Origin: an uncultured bacterium
Lineage (GTDB): Bacteria; Lernaellota; Lernaellaia; Lernaellales; Lernaellaceae
Direction: 5' to 3'
Length of the DNA stretch: 51,351 nt
Assembly (NCBI GenBank): GCA_964534375.1
Contig: CAZHPN010000017.1
Location: forward strand, 1-51,351
Shown here: positions 19,669 through 28,021 of the stretch, one piece after another
Layout of the letters: every line of letters begins with the position of its first letter
How positions within the stretch are numbered: position 1 is the first letter of the stretch
Translations under genes and position numbers: made by a program
The notes under the pieces: model-generated
The model's input: the letters and a program-made list of their open reading frames with translations, nothing else
Database searches by the model: none
Told to the model about the DNA's origin: nothing

Positions 19669-20949
19669 TTATTTGACGCGGCCGGTCTGGCGGCGCATCT
19701 CGGCGGCGCGGGCGTGCGCCACAAGCCCTTCCATGCGGGCCAACGCGGCCGCGTCGTCGTGCAGCGCCGCGGCCTCCGCCGGTTTCTCGATTTTCAGCCA
19801 CGTGCGAATCCGTAAGAACGTGAAGACGGACAACCCGCCGGCAAAGCGCGCCGCGCCGCCGGTCGGCAGCACGTGATTCGGCCCCGCGGCGTAGTCGCCG
19901 AAAACCTCCGCGCTGGCGCCGCCGATGAACAACGCGCCGAAATTCGACAGCCGCCCCGCGACCTCGTCGGCGTTTTCGGTCATCACTTCCAGATGCTCCG
20001 GCGCCAAGCGGTCGCAAATCGCGACGGCGACCGTCAGATCCGGCGCCAGTACGGCGAAACCGTTTTTCAGCGCTTGCCGCGCCGTCGCCGCCGTGGGCAG
20101 GTCTCTGAGTTGTTCGGCCAACTCGCGCTCGACCGCGGCGATCAACGATTCATCGAGCGAAACGAGCGCCGGCAGCGCATCCGCGTCGTGCTCGGCCTGG
20201 GCGAGCAAATCGGCGGCGATCAACGCCGGATCGGCCGAGGCGTCGGCCAACACGAGCAATTCCGACGGCCCGGCGAGCATATCGATCGCGACGCGGCCCG
20301 CCGCGAGTTGTTTGGCCGCCGTAACCCAGCGATTGCCCGGCCCGACGATCGCGTCGCAGGCCGGCGCCGGCCCGGCGCCGTACGCCAGCGCCGCGATCGC
20401 CTGCGCGCCGCCGACGGCGAGCACGGCGTCGGCGCCGGCCACCGCGGCGGCCGCCAGCATCTCCGTCGTGGGTCGCGGCGACGCAACCCACACGCGCTCG
20501 ACCCCCGCGACCTTGGCCGGCACAACGGTCATCAGCACCGAAGACGCCAGCGGAAACCGCCCGGCCGGCGCGTAGCAACCGGCGCTGGCCACCGGCGTCA
20601 CCACGTGGCCCGCGGCGCCGCCGACAATCGGGAAATTCAGGTCGTGCAGGCAGCGCCGTTGCGCCTCGGCGAACCGCCGCAGGCGGTCCGCCGTTCGCCG
20701 CAGCAGCTTGCGCGCGGACGGTTCGAGCGCCGCCAGCGCGGCCGCGAGCTCCTCGCGCGGGCGAACCAGCGGCGCGCCCGGCGCGAGATCTCCCAACCGC
20801 TCGGCGTGCGCGCGAAGCGCGCTTTCGCCGCCGCGGCGGACCTGGTCCACGATCTCCGCGGCGCGGGCCAACGTCGTGGCGTCGACCGGATCGCGACGCA
20901 ACGCGGGCGCATCGTCGGGACGGATGCGGCGCAAAAATGGTTCGTTCAT
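19669..20949 (-). CDS. hisD: Histidinol dehydrogenase
   Basis: GGAQAIAALAYG, GPGNRWV, IDMLAGPSE, DLLAQAEH, APEHLE, GDYAAGPNHVLPT. Confidence 0.96.
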   Translation of the reverse strand: MNEPFLRRIRPDDAPALRRDPVDATTLARAAEIVDQVRRGGESALRAHAERLGDLAPGAPLVRPREELAAALAALEPSARKLLRRTADRLRRFAEAQRRCLHDLNFPIVGGAAGHVVTPVASAGCYAPAGRFPLASSVLMTVVPAKVAGVERVWVASPRPTTEMLAAAAVAGADAVLAVGGAQAIAALAYGAGPAPACDAIVGPGNRWVTAAKQLAAGRVAIDMLAGPSELLVLADASADPALIAADLLAQAEHDADALPALVSLDESLIAAVERELAEQLRDLPTAATARQALKNGFAVLAPDLTVAVAICDRLAPEHLEVMTENADEVAGRLSNFGALFIGGASAEVFGDYAAGPNHVLPTGGAARFAGGLSVFTFLRIRTWLKIEKPAEAAALHDDAAALARMEGLVAHARAAEMRRQTGRVK

Positions 20950-22220
20950 TCCGGTCTCTCCTGGGGCGGCTTGGCGTCGCCCGGACGGCGGGTGACGAGC
21001 AACGCGCGGCGGTCCAACTCGGCTTCGGCGTCGGCGAGCGACACGCCGCCGCGCGCCATCGCCGCCAGCGTGAAATAAAGCAGATCGGCGGCCTCGCCGA
21101 CGACCTGTTCGGGACTTTCCGCGTCGGCCAACTCCGCCGCCTCTTCGGCGAGCTTGGCGCGCAGCAACGCCGGATCGTCGAACAGCCGGCGCGTGTACGA
21201 GCCGGGCGGGGCGTCGCGCCGTCGCGCTTCAAGCCGCTGCGCCAGCCGCGGCAGACCGCGATCCTCGCCCCAGCAGGTGCGCGTGCCGCGATGGCAGAAA
21301 CCGCCGCCGCGTTGCCGCACGGTGAAACGCAGCGTGTCGCGATCGCAATCGACGTGCACGCGCAGCAGGTCCTGCTCGTCGCCGGATGTCGCGCCCTTGA
21401 TCCACAGGCCGCGCGATCGCGACCAATAAACGCCGCGGCCGGAATCGATCGCCGCCCGCAAGCTTTCGAGATTGGAATACGCCAGCCCCAGCGCGCCGCC
21501 GCGTTCGTCGACGACCACGGTCGGCCACAGTCCGTCCGGCCGATCCGAGCGCAGCGGCGCCGCAAATGCTTCGGCCAGACCCAGACGGCCGGTGTAGATC
21601 GCCATGCCGACTTGCGCGTCCGCGCCAAGCCGGTCGAGCGCCGCGATTTCCTCGGCCGTCGTCACGCCGCCGGCGATCGTCAGTTCCGCGTCGCCGGCCG
21701 CCTCGCGCACCGCTTTCACGCGCGCCAGGTCGATGCCCTGCATGCGGCCTTCCGTCTCGACGAAGGTCACGAGGAAACCGCCGACCAGGCCGCGCAATTC
21801 CTGCATGCGTTCCAGAACCGTGCGGCCGGTGCGTTTGCGCCAGCCTTCGACGACGACCTCGTCGCGCTCGGCGTCGAGCGCCGCGACGACGCGGTCCCGC
21901 GGCAGTTGGTTGAGCACTTGGGGGGTGGCGGCCGTGCCGATGACGACCTTGGTCGCGCCGGCGTCGAGCCAGGCGCGCGCGGCATCGGCGTCGCGAATGC
22001 CGCCGCCGACGCGGCACGGCGCGAAGCGGACCAGCCGGCGCATCAGGTCGGCGTTGCCGCCCCGGCCAATCGCGGCGTCGAGATCCACGACGGCGATTTC
22101 GCCGACGCGCCGAAACCGTTCGGCGAGCGGCAGCGGGTCGCCGGCGTCGAGCGCCTTCGTGCGGCCGCCGATCAACTGGACGGTCGAGCCGTTCATCAAA
22201 TCGATGCAGGGCGTGATCAC
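20946..22220 (-). CDS. hisAIE: Trifunctional HisA-HisI-HisE fusion (ProFAR isomerase / PR-AMP cyclohydrolase / PR-ATP diphosphatase)
   Basis: GTG start overlapping hisF stop; HisA PCIDL..VGGGIR..VIGTAA; HisI YWSRSR..WIKGATSG..DCDRD..FCHRGTRTCW; HisE SYTRRL..KLAEEAAE..EAADLLY in one frame. Confidence 0.9.
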   Translation of the reverse strand: MITPCIDLMNGSTVQLIGGRTKALDAGDPLPLAERFRRVGEIAVVDLDAAIGRGGNADLMRRLVRFAPCRVGGGIRDADAARAWLDAGATKVVIGTAATPQVLNQLPRDRVVAALDAERDEVVVEGWRKRTGRTVLERMQELRGLVGGFLVTFVETEGRMQGIDLARVKAVREAAGDAELTIAGGVTTAEEIAALDRLGADAQVGMAIYTGRLGLAEAFAAPLRSDRPDGLWPTVVVDERGGALGLAYSNLESLRAAIDSGRGVYWSRSRGLWIKGATSGDEQDLLRVHVDCDRDTLRFTVRQRGGGFCHRGTRTCWGEDRGLPRLAQRLEARRRDAPPGSYTRRLFDDPALLRAKLAEEAAELADAESPEQVVGEAADLLYFTLAAMARGGVSLADAEAELDRRALLVTRRPGDAKPPQERPE

Positions 22221-22972
22221 CGGCGCACCTCCACGCCGTGCGCGGCGAGATAGTCTTTGATCTGCGCCACGGTCAATTCGCCGTAATGAAAAATCGAGGC
22301 CGCGAGCACGGCGTCCGCGCCGGCGCGAATGCCGTCGAGCAATTGCTCGAACGTGCTGGCGCCGCCGGAGGCGATGATCGGCACGCGCACCGCCGCCGAC
22401 ACCGCGCGCATCAGGTCGAGATCGTAACCCTGCCGCGTGCCGTCGCGGTCCCAACTGGTGAGCATGATTTCGCCCGCGCCGCGCGCGCAGGCTTCGCGCG
22501 CCCATTCGACCGCGTCGCGGCCGGTTTCCTGGGCGCCGGAGAGCACGACGACCTGCCAGCGCCCCGGCTGCGTCGACTTGGCGTCGAGCGCGAGGATCGT
22601 GCACTGGCGGCCGTAGCGCTCGGCGATTTCGGCGAGCACGTTCGGGTCGGCCACCGCGGCGGTGTTCACGCCGACCTTATCCGCGCCCGCGTCGAGCAAC
22701 CGGCCGGCGTCGTCGGCCGTGCGCACGCCGCCGCCGACGGTCAGCGGAATCGACAAGCGCGCGCGCACCTGCCGCACCGTCTCGAGCTGCGTCCGTCGGC
22801 CTTCGGGGGTCGCGCTGACGTCGAGCAGGACAATCTCGTCCGCGCCTTGCTGCTCGTACGCGTACGCCAGATCGGGCGGCGAGCCGGCGTCGCGCAGGCC
22901 CTGAAATTTCACGCCTTTGACGACGCGGCCGTCGCGCGTGTCGAGGCAGGGGATGATTCTATGCGCCAGCAT
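22217..22972 (-). CDS. hisF: Imidazole glycerol phosphate synthase cyclase subunit
   Basis: RIIPCLD..VVKGVKF, PLTVGGGV, GAGEIMLTSWDRDGT, ASGGA, LAASIFH. Confidence 0.97.
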   Translation of the reverse strand: MLAHRIIPCLDTRDGRVVKGVKFQGLRDAGSPPDLAYAYEQQGADEIVLLDVSATPEGRRTQLETVRQVRARLSIPLTVGGGVRTADDAGRLLDAGADKVGVNTAAVADPNVLAEIAERYGRQCTILALDAKSTQPGRWQVVVLSGAQETGRDAVEWAREACARGAGEIMLTSWDRDGTRQGYDLDLMRAVSAAVRVPIIASGGASTFEQLLDGIRAGADAVLAASIFHYGELTVAQIKDYLAAHGVEVRR

Positions 22973-23585
22973 CGCGGCCTCCCGCGGCGCGCGCGAGCCA
23001 GCGCCGCAACAACTCCAAGCCGTAAACGCCGGACAATTCCGGATGGAACTGGCAGGCCAGCACGGCGCCGCGTTCGAGCGTCGCCACGAACCGGCCGTCG
23101 TAGTCGGCCCACCCGCCGCGCCAGCCGGCCGGCAGCCGGGCGACGCGGTACGAGTTGGCGAAATACGCCCAGCCCGGCTGCGTCAGCGCGCAGCCGTCGT
23201 CCGGCTCGATGCGGTTCCAGCCCATTTGCGGCACGCGCACCGCGCCGGCAAACCGCCCCACCGCGCCCGGCAAAACGCCGAGGCCCGCGACGCCCGGCGT
23301 TTCTTCGCTCGTTTCGAACAGCAGTTGCAGTCCCAGGCAGACTGCCAACGTCGGCCGGCCGGCGGCGAGGCGCTCGCGCACGGACTCGATCAACCCGGCC
23401 GCCGCCAACTCCCGCATGCCGGCGCCGAACGCGCCGACGCCGGGCAGCACCACCGCCGCCGCGCCCGCAATCTCCGCCGCGTTTTCCGCCAGCCGCGGCC
23501 GCGCGCCCGCGCGGGCCAGCCCGGCGAACACCGACGCCAGATTCGCCACGCCCGTGCGGACGACCAACGCTTCGACGTCGGCCAT
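22959..23585 (-). CDS. hisH: Imidazole glycerol phosphate synthase glutamine amidotransferase subunit
   Basis: LPGVGAF, VCLGLQ, VPQMGWN, YFANSY, QFHPELS. Confidence 0.96.
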   Translation of the reverse strand: MADVEALVVRTGVANLASVFAGLARAGARPRLAENAAEIAGAAAVVLPGVGAFGAGMRELAAAGLIESVRERLAAGRPTLAVCLGLQLLFETSEETPGVAGLGVLPGAVGRFAGAVRVPQMGWNRIEPDDGCALTQPGWAYFANSYRVARLPAGWRGGWADYDGRFVATLERGAVLACQFHPELSGVYGLELLRRWLARAAGGRDAGA

Positions 23586-24172
23586 CACAAAACTCCCTTG
23601 GCGCTGGGCACGTCGGCGCCGCCGTCGAGCGCGACCGCCTGCCGCAAGGCGAGCGCCACGGCCTTGAACGCGGCTTCCGCGCGATGATGATCGTTCTCGC
23701 CGCGCAGCACGTCGACGTGCAGCGTCAGCCGCGCCGCGGTTGCGAACGAGCGCAGCAGGTGCGGAATATTTTCGCACGCGAGAGCGCCGAGCGCGTCGCG
23801 CTTCAGGCCGAGGTCGACCGCCGCAAACGGCCGGCCCGACAAGTCGAGCGCTGCGCGGGCGAGCGACTCGTCCATCGGCGCGTAAGCCGAACCGAACCGC
23901 GCGATTCCGCGTTTTTCACCCAGCGCCTTGTCAAGCGCCGAGCCGAGGGCGAGCGCGCAATCTTCGGCCGAGTGATGGTCGTCGACGGCCAGGTCGCCGC
24001 GGCATTCCAGCGTCAAGTCGAAGCGCGCAAAGCGGGCCAACGTTTCCAGCAAGTGGTTGAGAAAACCGATGCCGGAATCGACTTTGATGTCGCCCGCGCC
24101 GTCGAGCGCGAGGCGGCAGAGGATGTCGGTTTCCTTGGTCGTGCGGCGATATTCGGCGCGGCGTTCGATCAT
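23585..24172 (-). CDS. hisB: Imidazoleglycerol-phosphate dehydratase (monofunctional)
   Basis: RTTKET, GIGFLNH, GDLAVDDHHSAED, PMDE, GENDHHRAEAAFKA, PSAKGVL; no N-terminal phosphatase domain. Confidence 0.96.
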   Translation of the reverse strand: MIERRAEYRRTTKETDILCRLALDGAGDIKVDSGIGFLNHLLETLARFARFDLTLECRGDLAVDDHHSAEDCALALGSALDKALGEKRGIARFGSAYAPMDESLARAALDLSGRPFAAVDLGLKRDALGALACENIPHLLRSFATAARLTLHVDVLRGENDHHRAEAAFKAVALALRQAVALDGGADVPSAKGVL

Positions 24173-25899
24173 GGCAACAGCTCCTTCAGTTGGTCCAGGC
24201 GGTCCAGCACGCGCGCCGCGCCGGCCTGGTGCAGCCAATTCGTCACCTCCGCCCGCGGCGTTCCGGGCGGCAGAAAACCCAGCGGCAGCACGCCGGCGGC
24301 CCGCGCGGCGCGAATGTCGTCGGGGGCATCGCCGATCATCCAGGCCCGCCGCACGCCGAGGCGGGCGAGCGCGAGCCGCACCGGCGCCGGATCGGGTTTG
24401 AGCGGCGCGTCTTCGCGGCAGATCACGACGCGGAACAATTCGGCGACGCCGGCGCCGCGCAGAAAACGCATCGCGTCGTCGCGCGGCCGGCCCGTCACCA
24501 CGCCCAGCGGCATTCGCGCCGCCAACTCGCGCAGCAGCGCCGGGTCGGGAATGAGCGTCTCTTTTTCGCGCAGCCCCGGCCGGCCGGGCGCGCCTTGATA
24601 AATGTCTTCAAAACGGACCGTCGCTTCGGCGAGGTCGACGCGCACGCCGCGCGCCGCCAGCAGCCGTTGCGTGACCACCCAATCGTCGTTGGCGCCGTCG
24701 GCGGCCTTGGCCGCGGCGATGTCCGCCGGCGTCACCTCGACGCCGAACGAGCGCGCGGTTTCGGCGATCGCGGTCCGATACGACAGCGCCACATCCGCGA
24801 GCACGCCGTCCATGTCGAACAGCAGCGCTTCCGGCGCGAGCGTCGTTTGCAAGGCGTGTTGCAGCCGCCCGAAGTCGGCGTCGTTGCCGGGGCAGGTGAT
24901 GCGCAGCCCGCAGGCGACGCCGTCTTTGCCAGTGACCAAGCGCAGCGCGATCCCGAAGCCGGCCGCTGCATCGCGCACCCAGACGGCGTCGCGAAACCGG
25001 GCGTAGACAAAATTCGCCTGCGACGGCAACGGCGCGGCGCCAAGCGCGGCGAGCAGGTCCGCCAGCGCCACGCGTTCGGCGCGCACGCGGGCGACAAAGG
25101 CGTGTTTGCGCGGCCCGCCGACGTCGAGCCAACGCTCGGCGAACGCGCGCGACAGTTTCGAAACCGGGTGCGGACCGCCGGCCACTCCCAGTCGTTCGAT
25201 GATTTCGCGCGGGCCGACCGCGAACCCGACGCGCAAACCGGCCAATCCCCACGCTTTCGACAGCGTCAGAATGATCAACGCGTTGGGCAACTGCGTCGCG
25301 ACCGGCGCCAGGTCTTCGATGGCGAAATCCCCGTACGCCAGATCCACCAGCAACAGCGCGTGCGGCACGGCCGCCGAGAGACGGCGCAAATCGTCGGCGG
25401 TGGCGATCGCGCCGGTCGGGTTGTTCGGGCTGATGACGACGATTACGCCGGTGCGCGGCGTCGCTGCGGCGATCGTCGCCTCGAGGGGAAACGCGCCTTC
25501 CGGCCAGGGCACGCGTTTGATCACGCCGCCGGACAGCCGCGCGAACGACACCAACATTTCGAAGGTCGGCGTCGGCACGATCACTTCGCGGTCCGGTTGC
25601 ACGTAGACCCGAAACGCGCGGTCGATCGCCTCGTCGCCGCCGGCCGTCGCCAGCACCTGGTTGGGCGCAACGCCCAGCATCGCGGCGACGCGCAGCTCGA
25701 GCCCGCGGTCTTTTTCATAACTATTGAGCAGCGCGGGCCCGAGCGCGGCGAGTTCCACGAGCAACGCCGAAGGTGGCGCCTCGCCCTCGTTGCGATCGAG
25801 CGGCAGATCCGTCGGGGCCGGCGCGCGCGGCACGGAGTAGCCCTTCAACCCGCTCAGGTTGGGCGCGGGGACGGGCTTTTTGTCGCGCGATTCGTCCAT
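24169..25899 (-). CDS. hisC: Histidinol-phosphate aminotransferase fused to a C-terminal HAD-family phosphatase
   Basis: LDRNE, GGDEAI, SPNNPTG, DLAY, TLSKAWGLAGLRVG, SQANF; then HAD motifs FDMDGVL, VVTGRP, KPDPAP, IGDAPDD. Confidence 0.9.
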   Translation of the reverse strand: MDESRDKKPVPAPNLSGLKGYSVPRAPAPTDLPLDRNEGEAPPSALLVELAALGPALLNSYEKDRGLELRVAAMLGVAPNQVLATAGGDEAIDRAFRVYVQPDREVIVPTPTFEMLVSFARLSGGVIKRVPWPEGAFPLEATIAAATPRTGVIVVISPNNPTGAIATADDLRRLSAAVPHALLLVDLAYGDFAIEDLAPVATQLPNALIILTLSKAWGLAGLRVGFAVGPREIIERLGVAGGPHPVSKLSRAFAERWLDVGGPRKHAFVARVRAERVALADLLAALGAAPLPSQANFVYARFRDAVWVRDAAAGFGIALRLVTGKDGVACGLRITCPGNDADFGRLQHALQTTLAPEALLFDMDGVLADVALSYRTAIAETARSFGVEVTPADIAAAKAADGANDDWVVTQRLLAARGVRVDLAEATVRFEDIYQGAPGRPGLREKETLIPDPALLRELAARMPLGVVTGRPRDDAMRFLRGAGVAELFRVVICREDAPLKPDPAPVRLALARLGVRRAWMIGDAPDDIRAARAAGVLPLGFLPPGTPRAEVTNWLHQAGAARVLDRLDQLKELLP

Positions 25900-25915
25900 C
25901 GCCGTTCCTCTCGCC

Positions 25916-26791
25916 TTACGGCACCAGTTGATCGGGCGCGGTGACGACCACATCGGACCCGCCGTGCAGTTTCAGCCGCGGGATCAGGGTCGGCAGATCG
26001 GCCCGCGGCACAGCCGCCTTGACGGCGTAGCCGCTTTCGCCGTGCAGCGGCGCGATCGTCGGCTTGCGCATGCACGGCAAGAAGCGAATCACTTCCTCGA
26101 GCCTGTCGGCCGGCACATTGAGTTCGATCATGACCCGCCGGCGCGCTTCGAGCACCGACGAGAGCAGCAGCACCAGGCGCTCGATGGCTTCGCGGCGGAA
26201 CGGATCGACCATGGCTTTGCGATTGGCGTAGAGACGCGTCGACGACGTCATCAGTTCATCGACGATCTCCAGCCGGTTGACGACGAGCGTCGAGCCGGTC
26301 GCGGTGTTGTCGACGATGCAGTCGGCGTCTTCGGGCGGAAACACCTCGGTGGCGCCGTACGAGAGCACGAAAGTCGCTCTCAAGCGCTTGTGCCGAATCC
26401 AATCCTGCGTCAGCCGTTCGTATTCCGACGCGACGATCAGCCGCCGGCGCGGCAGCTTGCCGCGGACGAGGATTTCTGCCGGCGCGGCGGCGACCAGGCG
26501 CACCGGGTTGAGGCCGGTGTCCAGCAACTCGACGATATCCGCATCGAGTTCGGCCGCCCAATCGGCGCCGGCGAAACCGACGTCGCGCGAACCGAGTTGC
26601 AGCATTTCGACGATGTTCTGCGGCCGCAGCACTTTGACGCTGAACCCGGGCAGCGAAAGCGTAGGCCGGTAACTGCGGCTGCTCGTCGCGACGCGGATGC
26701 CGGCGTCGGCCAGCAGTTTGATCACCTCGTCTTCCATGTGACCTTTGGGCAACGCCAATTTGACGTTGCCGCGGTCCGCGGAATCGATCAT
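25916..26791 (-). CDS. hisG: ATP phosphoribosyltransferase (long form)
   Basis: LALPKGH, LRPQNI, GADW, SYGATEVFP, IVDNTATGSTL, C-terminal regulatory domain (PTIAPL). Confidence 0.96.
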   Translation of the reverse strand: MIDSADRGNVKLALPKGHMEDEVIKLLADAGIRVATSSRSYRPTLSLPGFSVKVLRPQNIVEMLQLGSRDVGFAGADWAAELDADIVELLDTGLNPVRLVAAAPAEILVRGKLPRRRLIVASEYERLTQDWIRHKRLRATFVLSYGATEVFPPEDADCIVDNTATGSTLVVNRLEIVDELMTSSTRLYANRKAMVDPFRREAIERLVLLLSSVLEARRRVMIELNVPADRLEEVIRFLPCMRKPTIAPLHGESGYAVKAAVPRADLPTLIPRLKLHGGSDVVVTAPDQLVP

Positions 26792-26810
26792 GCCGCAACC
26801 CCTCTCTGTT

Positions 26811-26874
26811 AACGAACAACGCCGGCCCGCAGCCGGCGTCGATGGCGATTCGATCTAGGGCGCCATCATCCGGC
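26811..26874 (-). promoter_or_regulatory. his operon attenuator (terminator/antiterminator)
   Basis: Terminator ACGCCGGC-tgcgg-GCCGGCGT-TGTTCGTT (26839-26811); alternative pairing GCCGG..GATGGCG (26874-26861) with CGCCATC..CCGGC (26847-26832). Confidence 0.7.
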
Positions 26875-26922
26875 GGCGGTTCCGGTCCAATGATGGCGGT
26901 GACTGATTCGCATCCGGTTCAT
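26866..26922 (-). CDS. hisL: his leader peptide MNRMRISHRHHWTGTAAG
   Basis: 18-aa ORF with three His codons in four positions (CAC CGC CAT CAT), 75 nt upstream of hisG. Confidence 0.75.
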   Translation of the reverse strand: MNRMRISHRHHWTGTAAG

Positions 26923-26928
26923 GACCGC

Positions 26929-26957
26929 AAGATAACGGGACGCGGAAGCGATGTCAA
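26929..26957 (-). promoter_or_regulatory. Sigma70-like promoter of the his operon
   Basis: TTGACA-17 nt-TATCTT, with the leader ATG 7 nt downstream of the -10 box. Confidence 0.7.
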
Positions 26958-27044
26958 ACGGGAGGCTCGCCGCGCGAAGCGCGAGGCGAGACTGGGAGGC
27001 TGGGTCTTGCGTGGCCCCCGGCGCGCTTCGCGCGGCGCAGCCTC

Positions 27045-27953
27045 TCAGTCCTTCACACACCGGAAGCCGATGTTGTGATACCAATACGTGGGCGCCGCGT
27101 AATCGCGCGCGGAGGTCCGGCCGTACCAGGGTTCGCTGTCCCAGGCGCTGCCGCGCAGCACGCGGTCCTTTCCGGTCGCCGGGCCCTGAGGATTGGTCGA
27201 AGGCGACGTGGCGTAATAACCCTTGGCGTACCAATCGGCGCACCATTCCCAGACGTTGCCGCTGATGTCGCACAGACCGTACAGGTTGCGTTTGAACGTG
27301 CAGACCGGCGACGTGCCCGTAAAACCGTCGTCGTAGCCCGGGTAGATTTTCCAGTTGTCGTATTTTTTCTTGAGGCTTTCGTCGGCGTAATTGCCGAAGT
27401 GCGCCGTCGGCGTCGGCGAGGGGCCCCACGGATAAATGACGCCCTCGCGCCCGCCGCGCATGACGTATTCGTACTCCGCCTCGGTCGGCAACCGCTTGCC
27501 CTTCCACGTGCAATACGCCGTGGCGTCGTTCCAATCCACGCCGTTCGCCGGGTGATTGGCGCGGTCGTTTTTGCCGGCGTTGTAATATTCGGCCCACATC
27601 GCCTCGGTGGACGTCTTGGCCGGTTGGCAGACCTTCGCGCCGACGCACGCCTCGTACTCGGCCATCGTCACCGGATGCTGGTCCATCCAGAACGGATTGA
27701 CGCCCACGCGATGCGCCGGCGTTTCGTCCGTATCGTAGTTCTTGTCGCCCGCGACGCGGCCCATCGTGAAAATGCCGGCCCGAATGTGCACCATGTCCGC
27801 CGTGTCGGCGGTTTTCGCCGACGGCGCGACGGCCGGCGGCACGGCGGGTGCCGGCGGAGTCGGTGTCGGCGACGCCTGGCGTTCGGCGGACGCGATGGCG
27901 ATCAGGCAGCAGACGCACGCAACGAGGGTCGCGATCACAAGCGCTTTCTTCAT
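27045..27953 (-). CDS. Secreted formylglycine-generating enzyme family (FGE-sulfatase/SUMF1 domain) protein
   Basis: Signal peptide, Pro/Ala linker; FTMG, DETPAHRV, RLPTEAEYEY, YGLCDISGNVWEW, VLRGSAW, IGFRC; lacks the catalytic Cys pair. Confidence 0.9.
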   Translation of the reverse strand: MKKALVIATLVACVCCLIAIASAERQASPTPTPPAPAVPPAVAPSAKTADTADMVHIRAGIFTMGRVAGDKNYDTDETPAHRVGVNPFWMDQHPVTMAEYEACVGAKVCQPAKTSTEAMWAEYYNAGKNDRANHPANGVDWNDATAYCTWKGKRLPTEAEYEYVMRGGREGVIYPWGPSPTPTAHFGNYADESLKKKYDNWKIYPGYDDGFTGTSPVCTFKRNLYGLCDISGNVWEWCADWYAKGYYATSPSTNPQGPATGKDRVLRGSAWDSEPWYGRTSARDYAAPTYWYHNIGFRCVKD

Positions 27954-28021
27954 GTTTTCGTTCCTCGATCACTTTCGGGAGATACTGCTCGGATCGATGT
28001 TGCACCGGCGAGGGCGGGGCG

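Noticed and set aside
27045..27953. DGR target or true formylglycine-generating enzyme
   Set aside because: No reverse transcriptase or template repeat in the window, and the catalytic Cys pair is missing
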